Positions 12,310 to 24,000 of a DNA stretch of 64,000 nt are shown here, in pieces. The notes beneath the pieces are model-generated. The model searched no databases and was not told the DNA's origin. It saw only the letters and a list, made by a program, of their open reading frames with translations. A program made the position numbers and the translations under genes. Source of the DNA: Takakia lepidozioides (Eukaryota; Plantae; Bryophyta); contig CM060733.1 of NCBI GenBank assembly GCA_030704615.1, forward strand, positions 75,330,001-75,394,000, in the 5' to 3' direction. Each line of letters opens with the position of its first letter. Position 1 is the first letter of the stretch.

Positions 12310-12509
12310 TTTTCATAGTTTATTGCCGCTCGACTCCAATTTATGTCAAGGAACAAATTGGACCACACAATATTAGAATAATAGAGAGGTTCCAAAGTTT
12401 TGCACATATATTGTAGTGGTTATAGTTTCTCTTCGCACAATGAATTGATTGCACGATGCATTGAATCTTCCTTTGTACAAAGCGTGTTTGGTTGTGTCTT
12501 TTTCTCTTG

Positions 12510-12685
12510 AGCACTTGAGTAGGTAGCCCAATGGTTTGGGTATTTGTGCCTTGCATGTGCATAACCTGGGTGATCCTGGGTTCAATCCTTCAACCGTCCA
12601 TGGCCCCTCGATGGGTTGTGTGTTGAGCAGTAGGCTCTGTAAATTCACTGGACATTAAACAAACTTTATCTTTATCTTTTTCTCT
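12510..12685 (+). mobile_element. tRNA-derived SINE candidate
   Basis: Pol III A-box-like TAGCCCAATGG (12524-12534) and B-box GGTTCAATCC (12579-12588), with a T-rich tail. No full cloverleaf. Confidence 0.5.
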
Positions 12686-13689
12686 CAATGGTTAAAGAAC
12701 TAGCTAGTGGAGGCTGCCTTACGACTCAACCCACAAGACCTTGAAGCACCTCATGAAGTTTTTCTTAAATCCAGCAAGCATGTTCTTCTTGCAATTCTAG
12801 GGTCGCATTTGCCGAATGTGCGATAATGAAATCATTTACTAAGAAGTGATTTGTTAGAAAGGTTGTATTCTGCACAAACTTACATAGTATAACAGCTGCC
12901 TAGGTATCACTGTCTAGGTATCAGCCCATTTTCAATACCCATGCAATATTTCAGGATTTGGCACAAAGATGATGAGATAGAAGTCGACTCTTCACAGTGG
13001 TGATCATGTGTGAGCAATGGACAGATGGGTGTGAAGGTAACGAAAGCAACTAGTAACTAAAAAGAAGTGAAATATTATACTAAGGAAGAAGTGCAACAAA
13101 TATTTATTGCAGTGTAGACACTATAATTTAGTTGATATCAAGTCAAGGATGAATATGACTTCTTTGACGTGGTATCAAGTTCATAGTTTTGCATTGTAGC
13201 ATCATTGGAAATATATGGTGCACCCCTTCATATCATCTTTCATGTCCTTTATATCTAGAGTCTTATGATACTTTTTCATACTCGCATATGAAACTCTAAT
13301 AGAATTTGCGAGGTGTTTTGTAGCCAATAAAATTTCCATGCTAGATCAACTGTAATATATTAAGAAATTCTTGAGTAAATGATGATGATAAAAGAAAAAA
13401 TACATGGGGATAAGCCTAAACCCACAAAAATAGGGTTGAATGATTTGTATAATAACTAGAGGTCGTGGTTTCTTTCAATGAGTACAAGAGTAATTATTGA
13501 GATACTGAGCAGCAGAAAATCCATCTTATCTTCTATGCAAGTGAATGGGATATTTGTACTCTCGATTACAAAGGATGGTCTATGCAAGAATGCAACTCGA
13601 CTAGGCTGGACAGGCAGGTTCACACGTTCTAGCATTCCCCGAAATCAAGGCAAAGAGGTTATGCAAGGGAGTTGTAGCAGCGGAACTAT

Positions 13690-14835
13690 TATTCTGAGGC
13701 ATAGAAGGGGGCCTGGAATTTTGGAAGAGTTTGAGAAGACAAAGGGATGAAAGATGGGGATTGAGGGCCCGTCACCAAATTTTGAAGGCCACCTTTAGAT
13801 GTGTCCATCAGGAATCTATAGAACTTTGCAATGAGCCCATCCTCCAAATGAGGGTGGAACATCTTTAGAGCCTTTACTTGGTGCGCATACATATAATTGT
13901 CTTTCTGGGCCCAAGGGCAATCACAGCAAGTCCACTTTGAATCTGGATTGTGAATGGTGAACGTCTTACCTAAATGTCGATTGCATTCAACTGTTGCGGA
14001 TCCTTTGGGAGTATCGGGCAGATGCATATTCTCATGTGCAATGAGTTTAGCAAGCAAAACGGAACTACAAATAAATCCTTGTCGTTTGTTTGAGATGAAG
14101 TGGCATACAGGCTCGCATGAGACATGTACAAGTAATGAGTCAGGACATCACCTGTCAGTTTAAGGATGCGCCAATCCACCCATCTACTAGTCATGACACT
14201 TTTGGTCAGCACTTCAATTGCGCCGTTGAGGTTCCCGTGGTAAGCTTCAACTGGTATTAGTATCTTGAGAGGCATGGGGAATGTTTTATGATCCCATGAT
14301 CCACATTTTGGTTTTCGGAAGCTACTCATTCTCCATGTAGTTGCAGAATTCAGTTTGAGATGGATACTTCTCCAATGACATTATTTTATATACTGCCCAT
14401 GCTTTACCTACATCCCCGGAGGTGTCCCTTATGTCATGATGTATGTAAGGTCATGTAATTGGTACAACTGCTCGTAATACCGGATTTTTTATTTTTGTCA
14501 CTATGTTATTTTGCCAAGCTCGCCGAACATGCCATAAACACAAGAAAATTGCACATTCCGGCCACACAATTCTGTTTTTTATCAAGTTCATAGAGTGAAA
14601 TATATGTTTACATTGAGGCAATAATAGATGAATGACGATGTGAATGTTAGGTACTCGATGGCAACAATTTCTGCATTTTGCGTCGTTCACACTAAAGGCA
14701 TTGAGTCGTCAGTCCACTTTCATGTTTTTCACTTAATGTTGGTTTAGTGCCTCCATCCAAGGCTGCAGATCCATGGTTTTGCATCTGGCCATGATAATGT
14801 ATGCGACTGGAGTACCATTCATGCACTCATCAACC
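13690..14835 (-). pseudogene. Mutator-like (MULE) transposase relic with SWIM zinc finger
   Basis: Frameshifted pieces: NGTPVAYII..LQPWMEAL; FLCLWHVRRAW (MULE C-x-W-H motif); VEAYHGNL; WTCCDCPWAQKDNYMYAHQVKAL (degenerate SWIM). Confidence 0.8.
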
Positions 14836-14937
14836 TGGTTATCAGCGTCACGTCTTGCGTCAGCATCAGGTCCAGTCGGACCTAATGTTAACGGGACCTC
14901 CATCACGCCAGGTTCTGGAAATATTCCAGTAAAAAAA

Positions 14938-16530
14938 CACTAGATAAATTATTGTCACTTAAGCAGCCATGTCGCCTACACGGTGGCGGTAGCAAATAAG
15001 TTATGAAAATTAATAAAATAGAAGCGACCGCCAATTCTAGCGGTCGCTTTATATAAAAAAATAACAGCGACCGCCCTACAGACGATCGCTTTATTTCATA
15101 ATTAAAATAAAACACGCGACCACCACATTTGCGGTCGCAATACTTTAAAAATATAAAACAAAACAAGTGACCGCCATAGTGGCGGTCGCATTATTTTAAA
15201 AATATATATAAAATAAGCGACCGCCATATTGGCGGTCGCTTTATTTTAAGAATAAAATAAAACACGCGAACGCCACATTGGAGGTAGCCTTACTTTAAAA
15301 ATTGAAAACAAAACAAGCGACCGCCATAGAGGCGGTCGCTTTATATTAAAAAAATATTAAAAAATAAACGACTGCCATATGGCGGTCGCTTTATTTTAAG
15401 AATATTAAAAATATAAGCGACATAAGAAAATAAAAGCGACCGCAATACCGGCGGTCACTTTATATTTCAAATTAAAAAAATAATGGCGACCGCCAAACTG
15501 GCGGTCGCTTAAAATTAAAAATCTATAAAATAAATGCGACCGCCAGACTGGCGGTCGCTCTATTTTAGAAATACTATGAATAATTATTTTTTGAATTAAA
15601 CTTTATCGCCAATATTTTAAAATTAAAAACAAAAACCTTTTTTTTTTTTTTTTTTTTTTTTTTTCTTCGGTTGAAGATCTTATAGCGACCGGCCCACTTT
15701 GGCGGTCGCTTCATTTTCATTTTCTATAATATTAAGTGACCGCCAGATTGGTTCATTACTTAAAATTAAAAAGAAATGACCACTATTTTTCTTTTCTTTT
15801 TTTTCGGTCTTTTTTGGGTTAAATTCTATCCAGCGACCGCCAATCTGGCGGTCGCTTATTTTTTTATTTTTTTATCTTTTTAATTTTTATTTTCCCCCGG
15901 CTGAAGATTAAACATCGACTGCCAAAGTGGCGGTCGCTTTATTTATTTTTTATAATATTAAGTGACCACCAGATTGGCGGTCGTTTAATTCCTTAACATT
16001 AAAAAGAAATGACCACTATTTGCTAAATTTTTTTTTCACTTGTTTTTTGTTAAACTTTATCCAGCGACCGCCAATCTGGAAGTCGCTTAATTTTTTAAAA
16101 TGAAAAAAAATTAACATTTTTTTTTTTTTTCCCCGGCTGAAGATTAAACAGCAACTTCCAAAGTGGCGGTCACTTCAATTTCCCTTTTTAAAATATTAAG
16201 CGACCACCAGATTGGCGGTAACTTAATTCCTTAAAATTAAAAAGAACTACCATGAATTTCGTAGTTTTTTTCCTTTTTTGTTAATCTTTAAGTTGCCAAT
16301 ATGGCGGTCGCTTTATTTTGTTTTTCCAAAAAGATATTAAGCGACCGCCAATCTGGCGGTCTCTTTCATTTTTTTAAATAAAAACGACCGTTTTTTTTTC
16401 TTTTTTTTTCGATTTTGGCTTTTTTTTCATTTTGTTGATTAAAATTTTAAAACAGTGACCGCCAATTTGGCGGTCACTTTATTCTTTTTTTAGAAAAATA
16501 TGGAGCGACCATCAGATTGGCGGTCGCTTA
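14938..16530. repeat. Array of ~22-25 palindromic repeats AGCGACCGCCA-N3/4-TGGCGGTCGCT with AT-rich spacers; probable CACTA subterminal region
   Basis: Period is close to 50 bp from 15066 to 15560 (e.g. 15166, 15216, 15316, 15435, 15485, 15535), then a ~230-bp higher-order unit. CACTAG at 14938 precedes the array. Confidence 0.85.
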
Positions 16531-16909
16531 AATTTTTAATAAAAAAAAAAATGGGGGTTGGTGACATCACTTCTAAAAACAGCCCACAACTCCTTCCAAA
16601 CCCTTCTACTCTGTTTATGGCTTCCCAACGGTTGCCTGTCATAAAGTGTTGAGGAGACTGCCGACCGGTCGACCATGAAGATTCTCTAGAACCTTCCTAG
16701 GTTACTCCAAATCATCGCATATTTCCCTTCGTTATGATGACATTGCAAAAAATGAGATATGGCCAATGCACAGGTGCAAAATATTTGTGAAAATGTGTCA
16801 CATCAACCGTTTGAGGCCTAGGAGGAGGCATGAGGTGCAGACATTGAACAAATATGGGATGCGTTAACTTGCACCAATCAACATTTCCGACGTATCGCCA
16901 ACTGATGGT

Positions 16910-18052
16910 TGTCATCCAAATGATTTTTTTTTGCTTTGAAACTTTGCTAGTATGTTCACTATACCATCTGAGAGGTCTCGGACAAATATGAGATTAAACG
17001 AAATTCATTCAAAGGGCGATCCAAATCGTTGCCCATCCAAATGATTTTTGTTTGCTTTCAAACTTTGCTAGCATTCTCTACGTACCATGCGAAAGGTCTC
17101 GGACAAATATGAGATCAAACGAAATTCATTCAAAGGGCGATCAAATAATTGACAATCCAAATGATTTTTGTTTGCTTTGAAAATTTCGCCAGTATGTTCA
17201 ACATACCATCTGATATGTTTTGGAGAAATATGAGATAAATCAAAATTCATTCAAAGGGTGATCGAATAGTTGACCATCCAAATGATTTTTATTTACTTTG
17301 AAACTTTGCCAGTATGTTCAACATACCATCTCACAGGTCCTAGGCAAATATGAGATCAAATGGAATTCAATCAATGGGCCAACGGACGGTTTCCCATCAA
17401 AATGATTTTTGTTTACTTCGAAACTTTGTTAGTATGTTCAACATACCATCTCACGGGTCTTAGACAAATATGATATCAAACAAAATTCATTCAATGGCGA
17501 TCGAATAGTTCACCATCTAATTGATTTTTGTTTGCTTTGAAACTTTGCCAATATAATAGGTCCCGGACAAATATGAGATCAAACGAAATTCATTCAATGG
17601 GCCAACAGACGATTTTTGTTTGCTTCGAAACTTTGCCAGTATGTTCGGCATACCATCTAACAGGTCCCGGACTAATATGAGATCAATCAAAATTCATTCA
17701 GTGGGCCAACGGATGGTTGCCCATCCAAATGATTTTTGTTTGCTTCAAAACTTTGTTTAAATGTTCAACATACCATCTCAAAGGTCCCGGACAAATATGA
17801 GATCAATCGAAATTCATTCAGTGGGCCAACGGATGGCTGTCAATTCAAATGATTTTTTGTTTGCTTTGAAACTTTGCTTGTATGTGCAACATACCATTTT
17901 ACAGGTCCCGGACAAATATGAGATCAATCGAAACTCATTCAAAGGCGATCGAATCGTTGTCCATCCAAATGATTTTTGTTTGCTTTCAAACTTTGCCAGT
18001 ATGTTCATCATACCACCTAACAGGTCCTGGACTAATACGAGATCAATCGAAC
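16910..18052. repeat. ~120-bp tandem repeat, about 10 copies
   Basis: Anchor GACAAATATGAGATC (or variant) at ~16981, 17102, 17223, 17343, 17463, 17566, 17670, 17790, 17911 and 18030. Confidence 0.9.
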
Positions 18053-18490
18053 AGAAGCATAAACTGGGAATTGGAGAAAGAGGAGGAGTGGGACACCACA
18101 ACAAAGATAAGTAGCCATATCGACGCGGCTCAGAGAGAGGAGATACCACGAGGCATTGTGCCAAAATGGATATCAGATGGCTCCCGTTGTTTGATGTGCA
18201 TGAATCTCTATGGCCCAGAGAGAGGTCATGTGCTTGGATCATGTGGACATATGTTCCATCCCACGTGTCTTATCCAAACATCCTTACAGATGAGCGATTG
18301 CCCAGAATGTCGTGCACCAATCCATCGCCGTTTCTATGAGTTGTGGGCTTGGAGGATCTTATGCCGATAGGTTCTGAGTACAATCAGAACAACCTCCCAT
18401 TGGATGGGCTACCATTTACATTTCTCAATTGTGTGCATTGGGGCAAAAACTTGTTGTGGGATGCAGACAAAGGAATGCATAACATACATA
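18053..18490 (+). pseudogene. RING-H2 zinc-finger gene fragment, probably TE-carried
   Basis: CLMC-x13-CGHMFHPTC-x10-CPEC is a complete C3H2C3 RING-H2 pattern in ORF 17882..18370. It probably continues by frameshift into 18343..18555. The N-terminus is replaced by the tandem repeat. Confidence 0.7.
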
Positions 18491-21036
18491 CCGCAAACCG
18501 GCCCTTCCGTGTCAACCTATTGTTTGGGAGAGTGACACAACAATGTCAATTTTAAAAAAATAAACTTGAAATTTGAATATCATGTGTGACTAAGCATGTA
18601 TGAACATGTGTCCAACCATGGTCATGATGGAATGTTGCTGGCTACATGATACATGTACTACAGGAATGATGGGTACATACATGAATCATGTAAGTATTAC
18701 AAAATCCATGTAGGAGTGTGGACGGACGGGCGGGCGGTCCCATGGCGAGGGAGCGTCGTAGCAACTGCGACGCCACGAGGGGTGCGAGGATGGGCGGGGG
18801 CGGGCCACGTAGGCACATACCCTGATGAACACATTCAACTCCTGGGCCTTTTCAATGCTTGCCTATGAACATTTTGTAAAACCTTTGGTGCTCATACCAG
18901 TTGGTATGTCCTAATCGTAATACCACAACACTAGTGTATATAAGGTTGGATCATAATATGTTTGGCGAATACTAGAATGTCTACAAACTAGAAAGTCAAC
19001 TAGTGACTAGTAAAACCCCCCTTTTTTATGGTTTGCTTGACACGTAAGAAGCTAAATCACCCCTACCTTTGGGATACCCCTAAATTTGTGGGACCCACCG
19101 ACTAGACCCTACATTCATGGGGCCATGTGCTCCGTGCTTTTATTCGTGGACCATACACGTGGCCTTACTACATACGCCCCCCACTCTAATTCCTGGGCCA
19201 CAGTAATTCCTGGACCACTCTAGAATGAATAGGGCCCGAATGAAACTGCTCTACATATTGACGCTTTAACTACACACTTGGATGACCATTCTAGTGGGTC
19301 ATCTCAGTATGGTTGACCGACTGTAGCCGGTCCAATATTTTGAAAAAAAACGTCGGAAAAATAGATATTTGTAAATAGCATCCATTGTACCAAGATATTT
19401 TTTTGATGAGACTATTTAGGGAGTCTTACGGAGTTGAGTCAATATGAGGGTAATTTCATGTTATGTGTCGCACTTGGGCCTCAACATAGGAGACGCAGTT
19501 ACATACATAGGAGATTGAGATGACACTTGACACTTGGGCCAACGGCACAGGCTACCCTAGTGTGGAATAAAATCCGATAGGAATTATGAAGTTTTTTACT
19601 TGCCCATCAAAAAATGTTATGATCTTGCAATCCACATGGCTGAAAGCTATGACATTTAATGTGGAAACAGTGGATGTGAGTAGAAATATAATTCCAAAAC
19701 TTTGCGAGGAATTATAAATGCCACCCACTGCCAATTAATCCCTGCCGAGCTCACTAGTAATACCAATGCGCTACCCACAGGCACTTAATAGGTAAGCCTG
19801 GTAGCTTGGTTTTGATAATATTCTACTTGGAAATACTTTCTCTGGATTTAGGGGCCCTAACTTAAGTTTCACAATGTGTGCCAAAGGTCTTCAATCGAGT
19901 TGACCCAAAAAAAACCTATCATGTAGCGAAACAAACATTTGGGACCCTTCAGGTAGTAACATAAAATGCCATGTGGGACCCTTCAGGCAGTAACATAAAA
20001 TGCCTAATAAGCCTTGCAAGCCTGGTGCATGCAATCCTTCACCATATTTTCTTTAATTTTTCGGTATAGCGCCCCACTGAGACTTCATTTGGGATTAGGA
20101 AATTTAAAACCCTCCGATTACACCATAAGGCGCAAGGACTAAGGCACAAGGACCACAAACCAGCATCCCAGCTACAGGAGAATTGACATAACCACAAAAA
20201 GTGTAGCTTGGGCATAGTTGGATGTTCCATATAAGAATTGCAATCCCTGCCAGGGATAAAACTACTCAACAGCTAGAAGAAAGCCACCAGAAGCACATTG
20301 CTCATGGCCTGCATAATACATATAAAGAAGTGTTGCTTGTGGTGATTTGGGTGGTGGTCAGTATAACCCTCCCCGCACAGTTTCATTTCATTCACAGTTA
20401 GGAACCCAACACAACACAGAATTCATTGAAAAACATAGACTTGCAAAATTGGATTGGTGAAAAGAGACTGATTCATGCAAACAGTGAACACACCCCAGCT
20501 GAGAGATACATATCACCATCCACCCCTCCCCCTATGGAAGTTGGTTATATTTTCCGATGCAAAACAATGTCAAAACCCAAACACCTTACATGCTTCAATC
20601 TAGATGGACATTCAAAAGTAGAAGAAACATCCAACCCATTATCGGGACCTTCCAGTCTTTTACCGTAGTTCCGATTACAAAAAGAGCGAGGGAGGTCCTC
20701 GATGCCTTTCCGACCTGGTTTCTGCAAACCGTAGCTAATTTTTTCTCGTAATCAAAGAATTAGTGAGGACTCCTTGAAAATAGGCTAAGCCCAACCCAAC
20801 AAATTGCTTAATACCGCTGTGGTGGTTGTACCCCCTAAAAGAATATAAATATAAGAGTTGCTTCCCTCACAATTATGCCATCCCCTTCCCTTGCCAACCA
20901 TACAAAGCACAATCTTACATTTCTCTGCCTGCAGGTAGTACCTGTGTGCAATGCTTGGGCTCCAAACCAATGTTTTGATGATGTTGTAATTACTTCATAA
21001 TATAGGTATGCTTTGAACAAGACATCGATGACATAC

Positions 21037-24000
21037 CTAGGACCCTTCTCCATTGCTCTTGTCATTATTGACTATCTTGAAGGGTCGTACCTGCACATGC
21101 ATGCTCAAGATCAGTGACCAAGAGAGACAAAACAGACAGAAAAGGAAATGAAGTATTCATCAGACTCTCTGCTTGTCTGGCCCCATGCCTGTTTTGGACA
21201 AAGCAGAAAGGTCAAGAGAAGGGGACTGAAGGGATGCAAATGAGAGGAGGGCACCTCCACTAGTAGCATGATCTAACCTCAGAGTGAAACTCACTATGGA
21301 CCCTATAGATTTCCTTTGCAACATCTTCAATATGAGCGAACATACATACCCAAAAACTAGAACAAGAATATCAAAGCTAGCAGCAGTGCTCTAGCCAATA
21401 TCTGAATGGAAAGAGCCATATTGACACTCTGATTTGTGAGGGGGACAATTGAAGCATCAAACGAACACACCTAGCCAGAATGTCAGCAAATCAGGCACTT
21501 TGCTTGTCAATGTAAGAGAGACGAGGAAAAGAGAGAACCATTTTACCTTCCACATGCAGAGTGCCCTACTGAAAGTACAACTACAAGAGAGAAGAAGAGA
21601 CAAACACAGAAGGAAATAGACGAAAGCAGAAAGCAAAAGATTCTCTAAGAGGTTTGGTTGAACCTCCACCCAACCAAATTCTGAGAGAGACAGAGATTGT
21701 ACACATAAGACATTGTTTGCCGTAGCCTTGTGGCCATTGACCCCGCGCCCGGTTTGAGCGGAAATGAGAGAGACAGAGAATGTATTCATAAGACGTGGTT
21801 TGCAGTAGCCTTGTAGCCATATACCCCCCCACACCCAGTTTGGGTGGAACAAGAGGGACCAGAAACTCCTTTGTGATGGACTCACTCCGGTAGCGTGACT
21901 TACCTTGATATAAACAATTAGTTCGGGCTTTCCAGATATCCTTCACACAAGCATCAATCTGCTGTGTGTGGGCAGCGCAAAAGTTAGACCCCAACAGGGC
22001 CAGGGCTTTAGGTTCAGACTCAAGATTTTCAAAGTTGGCGACCCGAGGTGCCGAGACAATGTTCTTGATCATCCTGAAAAGGGTCACTCTCTGTGTATCA
22101 GACAATGGATATTGTCCTCAGGTTGCCCACATATCGGGCAGTTACAATCTCCTCTTCCTCTCTGCATCTGTTTATTGTTCAAAGGTAGGCTTCCTTCCCT
22201 TAGTTTAAATTTCAGTATAGTACCAAGGGTGGGTAGGCCTTGAGATCATCCTCAAGGTCCTCGCCCATGTCACAGACTAGAAACAGAGGGATATTTTATG
22301 CCTACCTTCATTAGAGAAAGAGAGGGAGAGAGAGAGAGAGATTGACACAAAAATGAGCAAGCTAAGGATCCCAAAGGGAAGGAAAACCTTGACGTGGTGT
22401 GGAAGAATCTTGACATCAAATGGGGTGTAGAGCCATGCATCGCTCGAATACTGCATGAAATTTTCCAGCCGGCTTGTGTACACATCTGCATAGCGTTGCA
22501 CGTTGTATGCAAAGGCCGACTCCTTGCCTGTGTCTGTGAGGAAAGTAGACCCAAAGTATGGATTGAATAGCGCTTTCATCGCAAGCCGTGATTGGGCACG
22601 TTCAGTTCTCAAGGCCAGCAACAGGTCTGTCTCTTCTTCTCCTTGTTGGACTGCCGTGGTAGGCAAACCGTGAAACTTCCCAAGGAGTTCTTGCACTATG
22701 TTGTACTTTGCCTGCAAGAACCATTTATCAAATGTTTTGCACTCCCAAGAAGCACAGATTCTGACCAACCAGAAAATCAATGAAGATTCTTCATTGACAT
22801 TGGCATGATCTAGCTAACATGACCTAGTTAGCTACGAAGGGACTTGCAAAGTGACATCACACTGAGACCTGACAACTACTTGCAGAGTAACAAACTTAGG
22901 GATATTATGTCACAATTCCAGATGATACAGAAAGCCAACAATTACTCCAAAACAACCATCGGAAGGACACAAATCAGTTTAGTCGCAATTATCTGCATCA
23001 TTCGAGCAGAGTCATAGTTAAGTTTGTTACCACAGCAGCATGAAACTTGACAAGTGAAAGGAAGGGCTTTGCAGGGCTCACTTGCTGGAAGCGATACTCA
23101 CTCTCATTTTGTGTGGTTATCTCCCTCTGCCAATACCCATACAAACAATCCCCCTCCACTTCAATTCAGTGCTTGTAATAAGGTTGACTATATCTCACCA
23201 GGGTCTGCAATTTGGCTAAAAGTGGCCATAGCAATCACACAAAGCCCAAACCAATGAAGTTACAGGGGAATCATTCGAGCATGTATATGCATTACACTGG
23301 ATTTGCTGTAGCTTTGTTGCAATACACCATACGACCACCCTGGACAAAGAGAGTTTGGTAAGACAGGTAGAAAGTGCCTTCACATTGCTACAAGACCGTT
23401 TTGATCCAACAGAAATATGCTAAGGCTTTGCCCTAAATAATACTATTTCCTGGCAACTACAGGCATCAATTTGGCTCGCACAAACTGCCTCAAGTATTTA
23501 TTTGACAGCCTCTACATGACAGTAGAGCAAGTGCACTCATGTTGGTTGGTGCGGAATGACAAGGCCTGTAAACAAACCTCAAGCTCTCGGATAATTGCTG
23601 CAGTCCCCCACCCAGCTTTGGCAGGCCCTCTTAAATCACTATAAAGGTGATCCCCAAAATACAACACCTGCAAATCTGACCTCCTGTCAGTAAAATTCAC
23701 GAAGTGCATTTCAGTGCAGACAACTTCATTTTCGCTCTCTAAAAACTTTCCCGTGTTCTCTTTTTAGCCAACTTCAATTTTCTGAGGAGGGCAGGCTCAG
23801 TAGAGTATAGTGGGCGAAGCATGAGGTGCAACAATCTGCACCAAACAAAAAGTTGAGATTGCACAAGGAGGAGCCTTGTACGTTGTGATTTTCCTCAATG
23901 CCAAAGAGGTTAGCATCCATTTAGAGCCAAATATCATGCTCGCCCTTTGCTGTTAATCCAGCTCAATCACAAAAACAATTTCTAGCAGGCAGAAACTAGA

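Noticed and set aside
15023-16530. CRISPR array
   Set aside because: Plant nuclear context with no cas genes. The spacers are low-complexity A/T tracts similar to one another and the repeats are degenerate, so TE subterminal repeats explain it better.
18925-19565. Right-hand CACTA terminus for the element starting at 14938
   Set aside because: Several CTAGTG sites exist, but none matches the reverse complement of CACTAGATAAATT or gives a 3-bp TSD.
21457-21500. VPDLLTFWLGVFV as the last exon of the nucleotidase
   Set aside because: There is no AG acceptor in the required phase; 21090-21037 has a good TGCAG acceptor.
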